The translations under genes were made by a program, and so were the position numbers. Positions 49,392 to 59,120 of a stretch of 64,000 nt of DNA are shown piece after piece. The stretch comes from a phage. The stretch is from NCBI GenBank assembly GCA_024790105.1, contig GCA_024790105.1_3053.1; one strand, written 5' to 3'. The notes beneath the pieces are model-generated. The model was not told the DNA's origin. It was given only the letters and a program-made list of their open reading frames with translations, and did not search any database. How positions within the stretch are numbered: the stretch's first letter is position 1; each line of letters opens with the position of its first letter.

Positions 49392-49862
49392 TTAATCATG
49401 TTTCCACACCCCATCGGTATTTGACCAAAGTCGCTGATTATCTGATCCTCGCCACAGCTTTTTAGTCGGAAGATTTTTCTCATACTTCCCATCAATAATA
49501 ACATCAACATATTTAAGCATTTCTAGTTGTTTAATATCCTCAAACTTATATCCTGTCCACAACCAAATGCTTTTATTTGGATAAAGATTTTTTACTGTTT
49601 GAACAATGCAATGAATAACATCTCGGTTATCAGGATAGAGAGGGTCTCCTCCAGTTATAGTCAATCCTTCTATATAATCATTATTCAAACATTCAATTAA
49701 TTGTTCCAGTGTTTCACCAGTGAATGGAACGCCATTTCTAGCATTCCATGTTGATTTATTATAACACCCTTCGCATTTATGCAAACAACCAGTAACGAAA
49801 AGAACTGTCCTGCATCCAGGACCATTAACAAAGCAGCACGGGTATATTCTGTCATAATTCAT
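49392..49862 (-). CDS. nrdG: anaerobic ribonucleotide reductase activating protein NrdG (radical SAM)
   Basis: 156 aa; CLHKCEGC motif; ATG 49862. Confidence 0.9.
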   Translation of the reverse strand: MNYDRIYPCCFVNGPGCRTVLFVTGCLHKCEGCYNKSTWNARNGVPFTGETLEQLIECLNNDYIEGLTITGGDPLYPDNRDVIHCIVQTVKNLYPNKSIWLWTGYKFEDIKQLEMLKYVDVIIDGKYEKNLPTKKLWRGSDNQRLWSNTDGVWKHD

Positions 49863-50691
49863 TTATATATTTCCAATTATAGCCTTCAACACTTTTACGT
49901 TCGCCATTTAAACATTTTAAAATATTTCCTTTGCTAGAAATATTAAAATATTTTGCTGCGTCTGGTATATAATTAAATGTTTTTAAAAGAACACCATCTT
50001 TATATGCGCCAAATAAATTAAGAGTATATTTTTCTCGAAGACGCTGATGTTTCCTTTTCATAACCTCAGGATTTGCATACGCCAACTTCAATGAATTTCT
50101 GTGTTTTTCTTTTACTTCAGGTTTTTGCATTGCTAACTTAGTTAGCCTGGAAATTTTATTTCTAACTTCGTCAGTTTTCATTGCATTTGACAAATTTAAT
50201 AAAGTTTTATTTCTAACTTCAGGTTTTTGCATTGCTAACTTAGTTAGTTCTCTATGTCTTTTTCTAAAATCGTCATCCTTCCATATATTTTTCGATAATT
50301 TTGACATAGAGCGGTGAAATAATTCCTTTTCACTGGAATACAATTTAAAAATTTCATCCAATTCATCCGCATTAAATCTATCGGTATTCGAGTTTATCAT
50401 TCTATGAAAGGCATAACACATTTTACTATTGCTTGTTTTAGCTAAATAGTAATGAGCTAACGCATGGTCATAATATGACAAATTAACAATATTCCATTTA
50501 TCTGTTTTATATTCAGGAAATATAGATTTGGGAAGCACGTGATGTGCTTCCGTTTTTCCTTTTATTTTAGGATTATTATAATTTTTTGTTATCAAATCAA
50601 CATATGACAATAGTAAATCATTATTTTCTTCAAATATTAAAGATAATTTATCATTCACAAAATCGCAAGGATAAAATCTATCATAATTCAT
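49852..50691 (-). CDS. HNH homing endonuclease (MobC-like) between nrdD and nrdG
   Basis: 279 aa; EAHHVLPKS...DHALAH motif; N-terminus MNYDRFYPCDFVN duplicates nrdG N-terminus. Confidence 0.8.
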   Translation of the reverse strand: MNYDRFYPCDFVNDKLSLIFEENNDLLLSYVDLITKNYNNPKIKGKTEAHHVLPKSIFPEYKTDKWNIVNLSYYDHALAHYYLAKTSNSKMCYAFHRMINSNTDRFNADELDEIFKLYSSEKELFHRSMSKLSKNIWKDDDFRKRHRELTKLAMQKPEVRNKTLLNLSNAMKTDEVRNKISRLTKLAMQKPEVKEKHRNSLKLAYANPEVMKRKHQRLREKYTLNLFGAYKDGVLLKTFNYIPDAAKYFNISSKGNILKCLNGERKSVEGYNWKYINEL

Positions 50692-50703
50692 TGGTGTTTA
50701 ACC

Positions 50704-53566
50704 CTATGCATGTTTTACTCGTTTTACCATTTCTTTCATTTTACCTAAATTCCATGGGACAACGCTAGGAGTTCCAAGATATCCGCATGTTCTTCTTATT
50801 GTGTTCATCTTTTTAGGATCAGTTTCTCCACAAATAGAACAAACAAATCCGTTTTCAGTAGGAGTCATTTCATGGGTACTTCCACATGTAAAACATTTAT
50901 CTACTGGCATGTTAACACCAAAATAATCTAAATGTTGTACAGCATAATCCCATACAGCCTCAAGACCTTTTAGGTTATTTTTCATATCAGGAAGTTCAAC
51001 ATAAGAAATGTGACCACCTGTCGCAATGAAATGATATGGCGCTTCACGAGAAATCTTTTCAAACGGAGTAATATTTTCTTCTACTGAAACATGGAAACTG
51101 TTAGTGTACCAGCCTTTATCGGTAACATCCTTTACACTTCCATATTTTTCTGTATCAAGTTTACAGAAGCGATAACAAAGGTTTTCAGCAGGAGTCGAAT
51201 ATAAACTAAAAGCAAATCCAGTTCTTTCAGTCCACTGTTTAAGATGAGCATTCATTTTAGTTAAAATTTCCTGTCCAATATCACGACCGACAAGAATATT
51301 CAATTCATGAATACCAATGTATCCTAGGGACACTGAACTTCTACCATTTTTAAATAACTCAATTATATCGTCATCAGGTTTAAGACGAACCCCGAATGCA
51401 CCTTCTTGGTAAAGAATAGGAGCAACAGTCGCTTTAACTCCTTTTAAGGAACTAATTCTACACATCAAAGCTTCAAAACACAGATCCATTCGTTCATTGA
51501 ATAATTCAGTAAATTTCTGTTCATTGAACTGTGTTCCAATATAAGAATCTAACGCAATACGAGGAAGATTCAGTGTTACAACACCAAGATTATTACGTCC
51601 ATCAAGAATTTCATTACCAGTCGAATCTTTCCATACGCTCAAGAAACTACGGCAACCCATTGGAGAAACAGGAACAGATGAACCAGTGATAGCTTTATTG
51701 TTCTTAGCTGAAATAATATCAGGATACATCCTTTTGCTTGCACACTCTAGAGCAAGCTGTTTAATATCATAGTTCGGATCGTCTTTGTAAAGATTAACGC
51801 CTTCTTCGACGAACATAACAAGCTTAGGGAAAATAGGAGTTATCCCATCACGACCGAGACCTTTAATACGATTTTTCAGAATTGCTTTCTGAATCATTCG
51901 TTCAGTCCAGTCAGTTCCTGTACCAAATGTAATTGTTACAAAAGGTGTTTGTCCGTTTGAACTGAAAAGTGTATTTACTTCATCATTATATTCAGCATGA
52001 GTCGCAAATTCATGCCCGTTTATATGAAACGACAAAATTTGGATAGTCCATAGATATGCAACGTTCTTTTATAGTGCTAGGATGAAAATTTAGCGCTTTA
52101 GCTGCTTCTATATAAGACGTATACTTAATACCGTCAACAACCACATATTCAGGAACTTTATGAATAGTAGTCTTAATACTCAAAACAAGAGGATGAGTTT
52201 CGACTTCACTTTCAGTGCAATTTAAATATTCCGCTGCTTTTTTAAAACTTCTAAAAGTTTTATTTTTAAGCTTTATCGATACTTGTTTTTTACTTTTTCG
52301 ACTATTGATATTATTTTGCACATGTTCCTTAGATCTTCTGTTTTTAGCATAATATTCAGCCACAGAAGATTTTATATTGTTTTTATGAGATTCGGATAAC
52401 ACTTTACCCTTATGAGCATCTCTTAATTTTTGAATATGTTCTTCAGTATCCGGATGCTTATAAAACTTTTTACCGCCTATGGATTTATTTAAACATTTTT
52501 TGCTATAAAAATATTTACGTATGACCTCTTCTTCATGTTTTAATGCATCTTTATAACTATCAAATGTTTTTAAAATTATCCATTTAGTAGGTGTATCAGT
52601 TTTTAAGCGTTCATTTATATACTTAGATGACGTTGTGTAAGTTTTCCAGTTTGTGGGCTTGTTTTTAACTGTTCTAAATTTTTTATAACCGATATAAATG
52701 TCGCCATTAGAAAACTTAACTAAGTATGTAAATGCGTCTTTATCTTTTATTTTAGTACAACGTCTTTTTATCCATTTCATTGTTTCACCTCGTATTCATA
52801 AGATAATCTTATTTATACAAGATGACTGCTGCATGTCGCCATGCAGATTAGACTATATCTTCATCTTTCGATGCCGGCCGTTTCGAATAGCATTAGCTTC
52901 TATTCTACACCGCTACATTCATCACGGTTAGTCGTTAGGCATTTAGTTCAAAAGAACATTTAGCACGGGATTGTCTACTAGAGAGGTTCCCCGTTTAGAC
53001 CGGTTTTACATGAGCCTGAATTAAATTAACTCATACGCCTGGAATGCATCGTATACGTCTTTTTCTGTTTTAGATTGAGCATAATTCAACGCATCAGCGA
53101 TTTGCCATTTTTCTGCATCTTCAATATGTTTTGCATAGGTGCGTTTAACATAAGGAGAAAGTACTTTATCTACATTAGCAAAAGTCGTTCCGCCGTATTG
53201 GTGAGAAGCAACCTGTGCAGTAATTTGCGCCATAATTGCAGTAGCAACGCCAATTGATTTAGGAGTTTCAATCTGCGCATTACCAAGCTTAAATCCGTTC
53301 TCAAGCATTCCTTTTAAATCTACTAAACAGCAATTAGTAAAAGGAAGAGCAGGGGAATAATCAATATCGTGCACGTGAATAATTCCGCTTTCATGCGCTT
53401 TCATAATAAAAGACGGGACCATATTTTTGGCAATGTGTTTAGACACAATACCAGCCATAAGGTCCCGTTGAGTTGGAAAAACACGAGAATCTTTATTAGC
53501 ATTCTCGTTTAAAAGGTCTTTATTAGTTTTATGAATCAATCCTTCAATTTCTTTTTCAATTGTCAT
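50704..53566 (-). CDS. nrdD: anaerobic ribonucleotide reductase NrdD, interrupted by a group I intron; inferred join(50704..51983,53029..53566)
   Basis: exon 1 ORF from ATG 53566 and exon 2 ORF ending in glycyl-radical RRTCGYLG and Zn ribbon; splice coordinates inferred from U/G boundary rule assuming a 605-aa product. Confidence 0.8.
51984..53028 (-). mobile_element. group I intron (sunY/nrdD type) with 3'-located endonuclease ORF; boundaries approximate
   Basis: ribozyme core CUAAACGGGGAACCUCUCUAGUAGACAAUCCCGUGCUAAAU...AAAUGCCUAACGACUA...GAGAUAUAGUCU...CUGCAUGGCGACAUGCAGC read at 52781-53020. Confidence 0.7.
52010..52780 (-). CDS. intron-encoded GIY-YIG-type homing endonuclease (256 aa)
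   Basis: ATG 52780 with GAGGTGAAACA SD; TYLVKFSNGDIYIGY motif and NUMOD-like repeats. Confidence 0.75.
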   Translation of the reverse strand: MKWIKRRCTKIKDKDAFTYLVKFSNGDIYIGYKKFRTVKNKPTNWKTYTTSSKYINERLKTDTPTKWIILKTFDSYKDALKHEEEVIRKYFYSKKCLNKSIGGKKFYKHPDTEEHIQKLRDAHKGKVLSESHKNNIKSSVAEYYAKNRRSKEHVQNNINSRKSKKQVSIKLKNKTFRSFKKAAEYLNCTESEVETHPLVLSIKTTIHKVPEYVVVDGIKYTSYIEAAKALNFHPSTIKERCISMDYPNFVVSYKRA

Positions 53567-54036
53567 TTTAAACTCTTTCTAAGCTGCTTCTTGAATGAAG
53601 CTATTAATTGTGTTTTGGTGTCAGATTCATTATATTCAAATCCTCTTTGAAGCATCTCGGCCATCATTTCCTCTTTTCCTAAACGAGAAAATTCCTTTGA
53701 TTTATCTCCAACAAAGTTAGGGTGAATATTATTTTGGGTGTAATCGGATTTTAAATAAGTAAGTAAATTTTCTAACCATTCAAGATAATCAACACCTTGT
53801 CCCTTTAAGCCAGAACGATTAAATTTATGCTTCATTTGACCTTCTGCGGCATTGCATAGATTACAAAGCAATCCACGTACCTTTCCTGCTTTTGGTCCAT
53901 TTAATTCATGGTCATGATCAAGATGATTAGCTTGAACATCAGGATTTAGTTCTCGTTGGCAAATTAAGCATTTACCATTTTGTGCATCATAAAATTTCTG
54001 TTTTTCTTCTTTATATAATTTGCCAGTCAATAACAT
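53563..54036 (-). CDS. 49: endonuclease VII gp49 (Holliday junction resolvase)
   Basis: 157 aa; zinc-binding CLICQ...CNLCN; ATG 54036. Confidence 0.9.
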   Translation of the reverse strand: MLLTGKLYKEEKQKFYDAQNGKCLICQRELNPDVQANHLDHDHELNGPKAGKVRGLLCNLCNAAEGQMKHKFNRSGLKGQGVDYLEWLENLLTYLKSDYTQNNIHPNFVGDKSKEFSRLGKEEMMAEMLQRGFEYNESDTKTQLIASFKKQLRKSLK

Positions 54037-54077
54037 AATAAACCCTTACCTTAAATAGATAAGGGTATTTATTATTT

Positions 54078-54563
54078 TCAAGTATTGTAAAACATTTGAT
54101 TCAATCGCTTATATTGCCGAATCTTTTGGTCAGAAAAAGAAATTTGAGTTTCAAGCCATTCAATATATTCTGCCGCAGCTTGCATCAGGTTACCTTCATA
54201 GCCATCGTTATTTTCTTGTGCAGCTAATTTAGCTAATGCGTATGAAATACGTTCACCTTGAAAAGCGGCTTTAGGTATTTGAACATCTTGACTAGTTCTC
54301 TCTACAACTTCTTCAATTTCGCCATTTTCGACTGATTCAGTATTCCACAAGCACCAATACGTAATTGGCTTATCGTAGATGTTAATAATCTTTCCGTCGG
54401 AAAGTTCAATTTCAATAATTCCAGTATCAGGTTCTATATCATCTTCACATTCTTTTGCAAGTTCACGAACTTTAAAGACAGTACCTGCGCTAAGTTCCGG
54501 CCAGTAATTACATAGCCCTGTATCAGCACGATTAATTCTAAACCACTTATCTACTGTAATCAT
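54078..54563 (-). CDS. pin: Pin (Lon protease inhibitor)-like protein, 161 aa
   Basis: ATG 54563 with GGAGA SD; length and position. Confidence 0.65.
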   Translation of the reverse strand: MITVDKWFRINRADTGLCNYWPELSAGTVFKVRELAKECEDDIEPDTGIIEIELSDGKIINIYDKPITYWCLWNTESVENGEIEEVVERTSQDVQIPKAAFQGERISYALAKLAAQENNDGYEGNLMQAAAEYIEWLETQISFSDQKIRQYKRLNQMFYNT

Positions 54564-54603
54564 GTCCCATCTCCATATCAATTAAGTCATTTATTGTAGG
54601 TTC

Positions 54604-54633
54604 ATTATATACTGTTTCTTCATCAGTGTAAAC
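54604..54633 (-). promoter_or_regulatory. early promoter
   Basis: GTTTAC 54633-54628, 16-nt spacer, TATATAAT. Confidence 0.5.
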
Positions 54634-54685
54634 CGGTTCTTCCGGCTCTGGCTCTACAGTTTCCCATCTAACCGCCCACCAGGGT

Positions 54686-54856
54686 TTAACCCCGAAGCTT
54701 ATTAAGTTCTTCATAATCAATCCAGGATTCTAATCCTGATGGCAAATCAGATTCAATTTCCCAAAGAAGTTCTTCAATTTTCTGAAGACGATCTAATTCT
54801 TCGGCTGGAATAGTAACCATTGACGGAGTTCTTGATACATTAATATCGTAAATCAT
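54686..54856 (-). CDS. small acidic protein (56 aa)
   Basis: ATG 54856 with GGGGTAAAT SD. Confidence 0.45.
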   Translation of the reverse strand: MIYDINVSRTPSMVTIPAEELDRLQKIEELLWEIESDLPSGLESWIDYEELNKLRG

Positions 54857-54858
54857 AT

Positions 54859-55074
54859 TTACCCCAGTTTGACCATGCAATCGCCGTATTTCCATTTAGA
54901 AATAGACTTTTCGCCATTAGAATAATAAACTTCGAGTTTAGCACGATTATTTTTAATTTGAATAACCTTGGCTGTCATCAAAGTTCCATACCCATAGTAA
55001 ACTGCAACTTCATCACCTACATATACCGCGCTTCCACGGTAATCATGGATATAGTCAGTTCCTTCGAGCATCAT
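54859..55074 (-). CDS. hypothetical protein (71 aa)
   Basis: ATG 55074 overlapping nrdC stop. Confidence 0.6.
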   Translation of the reverse strand: MMLEGTDYIHDYRGSAVYVGDEVAVYYGYGTLMTAKVIQIKNNRAKLEVYYSNGEKSISKWKYGDCMVKLG

Positions 55075-55334
55075 TTAAAGTATTCCCGCAATTGGTCAAA
55101 TCCACCAATATGACTTCCATCAGGAGCAAATACCTGAGGCATTGTCAAGCCGATTTGAGTATCACGACCTAGTTTAGTCAGAAGCTCAGCAATTTTCTCA
55201 TCATCAAAAACACCTTTTTCCGGCATAATGTTGATAAATTCAAATGGCTGTTTCTTCACGGTCAAAAGACGTTTTGCATTATCGCAATACACACATTTAT
55301 GGATGTTGCTATCATAACCATATACTTTAAACAT
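55071..55334 (-). CDS. nrdC: thioredoxin/glutaredoxin NrdC
   Basis: 87 aa with CVYC active site; ATG 55334 with AAGGAATAAT SD. Confidence 0.85.
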   Translation of the reverse strand: MFKVYGYDSNIHKCVYCDNAKRLLTVKKQPFEFINIMPEKGVFDDEKIAELLTKLGRDTQIGLTMPQVFAPDGSHIGGFDQLREYFK

Positions 55335-55335
55335 A

Positions 55336-55578
55336 TTATTCCTTAATTCCTAGTACTTGTTTAAAAGTCTCGTCGTAATCAAGACTTTGGCCCGTTTGTT
55401 CTTTATGTTTGTATATAATATCACTTACTTCTGATAGCATATTTTTATATGAACGAGTTAAAGCAGATTTAAGCACGCTGTATCTATCAGGAAATTTACC
55501 ATGTTCATTATAATACGCTATTGCTAATTCACGGACTGCCTTTTCAGCAGCCTCCATATATTCTTTACGCTTGGTCAT
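55336..55578 (-). CDS. hypothetical protein (80 aa)
   Basis: ATG 55578. Confidence 0.6.
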   Translation of the reverse strand: MTKRKEYMEAAEKAVRELAIAYYNEHGKFPDRYSVLKSALTRSYKNMLSEVSDIIYKHKEQTGQSLDYDETFKQVLGIKE

Positions 55579-55580
55579 TT

Positions 55581-55793
55581 TTAATCCAAAATATTATTAG
55601 GCATTGGTTGAACACTCACAAGTTCTTTAAAGAACTCAGTAGAGTCAGGCAATTTAACCATTTCCGGAGCATGCTTACTGAATTTATGTTTACATTGACG
55701 GCATTTATATTCAAGCTCTGGTTTACGCCAGTTAATCAATTGAACTTGTTCAGCACCGCATTCAGGGCAATTAGGAACGTTTTTAGAAGCTCT
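55581..55793 (-). other. start-less zinc-ribbon reading frame in -1 frame relative to upstream 275-aa ORF (candidate frameshift fusion or decayed gene)
   Basis: open frame RASKNVPNCPECGAEQVQLINWRKPELEYKCRQCKHKF... lacks ATG/GTG/TTG before first CxxC; overlaps upstream ORF 3' end by 55 nt; A5 run at 55780-55784. Confidence 0.4.
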
Positions 55794-56563
55794 TCAATTT
55801 GCTTATTAAAATAATCAATTTGTTCAGAATGTTTTTCATTACTACGAACTGGTACAGGTTTTGTAGGCAATTTAATTGAACTGGATTCATCCGGGCGATA
55901 AATTAAAATACAACTTGAACCAATAGGGCATTTTGCACTAGATGAATATTCTAATGTTCCGGCTTCTTTTAAAATTTCAAAAGCTAAACAGAGATGATGA
56001 CCCATATTGGCATAATCTGTAGAGTGAGCTCTAACGTAATAATCATCTCCACGAGTGCTAAATTTAAAGCATTTAAGGTCTTCTGTATTATTAGTTTTAA
56101 AAATCATTTGTTTATCTAGACCTTTAGCCAATCGAGCACCTAATGCTAATAATCGTCGTTGATTTTCCCACAAATCCGCAATCATTTGATCGAATGACAA
56201 TTTCGGCATTAGTCGACCATAAAGGTCGTATCCTTTATTATAATTGCGAAGGATTTCACTCGCGTTAATACGAGACAATGCTCCAATTTTATTAAGGGCT
56301 TTCATAATGCGATTAGATAAACTCATTCCAGATCCGTTTGTTCGCTGTAAATGTTTTTCTAATCCAAATCCAATATCAACTTTAAACTTATCTAAAATTT
56401 CGGCATGAACATCTTTATCAATAACATTCAAATCCAAAGTTGGGTTAAATCTATGAAAAAATTTATCTGGCTCTCCACGACGAAGTACAGTCCATTCATT
56501 CATCATTTTCTTATTAACTAAAGATTTAATTACTGCATTGACATTATTAATTACTACTGACAT
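55736..56563 (-). CDS. hypothetical protein (275 aa)
   Basis: ATG 56563 with GAGGAAAAT SD; ORF-track start is TTG. Confidence 0.65.
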   Translation of the reverse strand: MSVVINNVNAVIKSLVNKKMMNEWTVLRRGEPDKFFHRFNPTLDLNVIDKDVHAEILDKFKVDIGFGLEKHLQRTNGSGMSLSNRIMKALNKIGALSRINASEILRNYNKGYDLYGRLMPKLSFDQMIADLWENQRRLLALGARLAKGLDKQMIFKTNNTEDLKCFKFSTRGDDYYVRAHSTDYANMGHHLCLAFEILKEAGTLEYSSSAKCPIGSSCILIYRPDESSSIKLPTKPVPVRSNEKHSEQIDYFNKQIEELLKTFLIALNAVLNKFN

Positions 56564-56570
56564 ATTTTCC

Positions 56571-56978
56571 TCACTCAATTTCAATTTTACTAAATATACA
56601 GAATAAGATGGAACAGACTATATAAGCACCACACACAGATTGAACTAATACCATTCCAAAGAACCAAACAATATTATCAAACAATGTCTGTTTTACGTCG
56701 AAAGGACGTAAACTTACAGTAATATTATCACCTTTTTCTATTGATGAATACATCTCTGGCGAAATATATTCGCTAAATCTATAACCGTCTTTGAGTTCAT
56801 ATACGGCAATAAACGATAAACTAGATCCCTTTCCTTGTGTTCCTGTAATGGTATTAACTACAGTAACATCATAATCTTTATAATGCATATAATCATTAAT
56901 TGCGTAATAACCATATGCAATTACTATACATAAACAACATATCAATAAATTCAATCTTTTAATTATCAACTGTTTCAT
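56571..56978 (-). CDS. membrane protein (135 aa)
   Basis: ATG 56978; N- and C-terminal TM segments. Confidence 0.65.
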   Translation of the reverse strand: MKQLIIKRLNLLICCLCIVIAYGYYAINDYMHYKDYDVTVVNTITGTQGKGSSLSFIAVYELKDGYRFSEYISPEMYSSIEKGDNITVSLRPFDVKQTLFDNIVWFFGMVLVQSVCGAYIVCSILFCIFSKIEIE

Positions 56979-57007
56979 AATAATCTCAATTAAAAGGGCT
57001 TAGAACC

Positions 57008-57031
57008 ATTATACCATCCTTGGTATAAAGC
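57008..57031 (-). promoter_or_regulatory. MotA-box middle-promoter-like element
   Basis: minus strand cGCTTTA then 12 nt then TGGTATAAT. Confidence 0.45.
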
Positions 57032-57033
57032 GG

Positions 57034-57561
57034 TTATGCGAGTACCGTCTTTAACCGTTCTTCAAATTTCCGAAGAGTATTCTGGCGTTCAGCTCTTTGC
57101 TTTTTGTAAGTTTCAATACGCTCTGAAATGAGAGTGTATCGTTCATTTACTGATTCTTTCATAAAATCAGGAATTTCACGAGAAGCTTTAATCTCATCAA
57201 ATTTATCAATAACAGCTTGCTCTTCAGCAATTAAGTTATCATACATCAAAATATCTTTCTTGATGAACTCAATATCTTCTTGAGTTACACGAGATAATTT
57301 AGATGCTTTATCCTTTTTGTACTGCTCATTGGTGTCACGAGACCAGTGTAATGTACGATTTTTATTCGTATTCTTGTAAATTTCTACAATACCAATCTCA
57401 TCGATAATAACGATCCAATTCCAACGAGATTTGTAAATTTGTCCTCCATCAACAGTGATTTCACCTCCGATTGAGATGTCATTAAAGAACTTGCTTTGAG
57501 CTTCAGATTTAAATTTACCATCGTTATAATTTACCAGGTTGAAAATATCTTTAGCGTTCAT
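57034..57561 (-). CDS. hypothetical protein (175 aa)
   Basis: ATG 57561 after GGAGGAACAAAA leader. Confidence 0.65.
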   Translation of the reverse strand: MNAKDIFNLVNYNDGKFKSEAQSKFFNDISIGGEITVDGGQIYKSRWNWIVIIDEIGIVEIYKNTNKNRTLHWSRDTNEQYKKDKASKLSRVTQEDIEFIKKDILMYDNLIAEEQAVIDKFDEIKASREIPDFMKESVNERYTLISERIETYKKQRAERQNTLRKFEERLKTVLA

Positions 57562-57571
57562 TTTTGTTCCT

Positions 57572-57618
57572 CCGTAGTTGATAGTTGTATAGTACCACAG
57601 AGGAACGGTCTTGTAAAC
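57572..57618 (-). promoter_or_regulatory. early promoter cassette (near-identical copy of 3441-3487)
   Basis: GTTTAC 57618-57613 with conserved -10/leader. Confidence 0.6.
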
Positions 57619-57620
57619 AA

Positions 57621-57923
57621 CTAAAAGAAACTTCTTTCACAATTTTTTCCACTGAACCAAGCGCTCACTGCTTTCTTAGTCTCAGGAGCCGTGTTATCCA
57701 TAAACCACTCAAAGGCAGCCTTTTTATGATTCTGGAGAGCTTCTCGGGCTTTAATCTGCTCACGGTCTATTAACACTAACATATGAGCCTTTCTTGTCAC
57801 CAGGGGCTTCTTATGATTCTTGGAGTATTCCCAGTCATTTGTCCATCGCATTGTTGTTGCGAATTGAAGCACAGCTTCTTTAATCTTAGTTTCGTAAATT
57901 TCACGAGCCTTTGAGTATAACAT
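57621..57923 (-). CDS. hypothetical protein (100 aa)
   Basis: ATG 57923 with GGAGGT SD. Confidence 0.55.
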   Translation of the reverse strand: MLYSKAREIYETKIKEAVLQFATTMRWTNDWEYSKNHKKPLVTRKAHMLVLIDREQIKAREALQNHKKAAFEWFMDNTAPETKKAVSAWFSGKNCERSFF

Positions 57924-58025
57924 CATTACCTCCATTCACCAGTTTAATTCTAGTCATCTTTTTAATGGCAGTCCATATAATCTATTTCTGAACTGCCTTT
58001 TTGTCTTAGAAGGCCTCTTATGAAT

Positions 58026-58994
58026 TTATTTCAGAAGAGTAACCTCAGCGATTTCTTGCCAACCGTTTTTGTCGGTCATAATAAAGTCAGCAAGATAAAG
58101 TGCAGTACGCAGTGAAACATTGCGTAAACGATTAACATTGACTTTCATCCATGATAATGCTTTATAAGTTTCTTCATCAGAAAGACCGCGCTTTTGCATC
58201 ATGTCAGTTGAAAGAATAACATCTTCAACCCTGACCATAATTTCTTCATTAGTGTGAACACCCAAATCCAAATAAACTGAGCGGGACACTAATGCTTGTA
58301 AATGTGGAGCAAGTTTAGTACCACGGTCTAATTCGCGGTCAATGTCAACGTTTGTGATAAAAACAATCGTTCCTTTAAATTCAAACTCACGCTCAATGCC
58401 TTTTTCTTCTAAGTAAGAAGATGCGGTGCTCCAGCAGACTTTACGGGTCTCTCCAGTGTCCAGAGCAGCTTTTAGAAGATTAAGAATGTCCATATCAGAG
58501 AAAACATCCACATCGTCAATCAAAAGGACAGAATTCTCTTCACGATTATTCCAGAGTTGTTCATAAAGACCGATACCGGAGATTTTACCGTTAATGCTTT
58601 TATATTCAATGTATCCAATATCATTTGCTTTATTTAAAGCTTTATCTAAAGAATACGTTTTACCAATACCCGCCGCACCAGAGATAATTAATGAACGAAT
58701 GTTTCCGTTAATAATACCATTCGTCATCATTCCCATAACATTAAATCTTTTATTAATGCGGGTTTTCATATCTTCATATGATTCTTTAACTTCTTCAACT
58801 TTTACACCATCATATGAAATGTCTGATTTGTAAACCCAAACACCGCGACGCTTACCGTCAATTTCAACAAAAACTTTACCATCTCCTTGTGCATCTACCG
58901 GAGCATTATCTGGGAACCATTCACCTAAGAGCTCAAAAGTTCCAGAGATTTCTTTACCGAAGTAGATACCCTTATTGATAGTTACAGTTTTCAT
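58026..58994 (-). CDS. P-loop ATPase (AAA+-like), 322 aa
   Basis: ATG 58994 with GGAGAATAAA SD; Walker A GAAGIGKT, Walker B VLLIDDVD. Confidence 0.7.
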   Translation of the reverse strand: MKTVTINKGIYFGKEISGTFELLGEWFPDNAPVDAQGDGKVFVEIDGKRRGVWVYKSDISYDGVKVEEVKESYEDMKTRINKRFNVMGMMTNGIINGNIRSLIISGAAGIGKTYSLDKALNKANDIGYIEYKSINGKISGIGLYEQLWNNREENSVLLIDDVDVFSDMDILNLLKAALDTGETRKVCWSTASSYLEEKGIEREFEFKGTIVFITNVDIDRELDRGTKLAPHLQALVSRSVYLDLGVHTNEEIMVRVEDVILSTDMMQKRGLSDEETYKALSWMKVNVNRLRNVSLRTALYLADFIMTDKNGWQEIAEVTLLK

Positions 58995-59010
58995 TTTATT
59001 CTCCAAATCT

Positions 59011-59061
59011 GTATCAGTAGTTGATAGTTGTATAGTACCATAAAGCTTTATGCTTGTAAAC
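59011..59061 (-). promoter_or_regulatory. early promoter cassette
   Basis: GTTTAC 59061-59056 with conserved -10/leader. Confidence 0.6.
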
Positions 59062-59070
59062 AGTTTTGTG

Positions 59071-59112
59071 AAAAAATTTTTGAAATAAAAAGGGGGACCT
59101 CTAGGGCCCCCT
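59071..59112 (-). terminator. rho-independent terminator
   Basis: GGGGGACC/GGGCCCCC hairpin plus U-run on minus strand. Confidence 0.55.
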
Positions 59113-59120
59113 TTATGCTT

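Noticed and set aside
49319-49510. 63-aa minus-strand ORF overlapping the nrdG 3' end
   Set aside because: Out-of-frame overlap with a conserved radical-SAM gene and no SD.
52698-52931. Plus-strand 77-aa ORF within the nrdD intron
   Set aside because: It lies antisense across the ribozyme core and the start of the intron ORF; no SD.
57943-57995. GGCAGT...ACTGCC inverted repeat followed by TTTTTGTCTT as a plus-strand terminator
   Set aside because: The loop is about 19 nt and there is no plus-strand gene upstream to terminate; probably coincidental.
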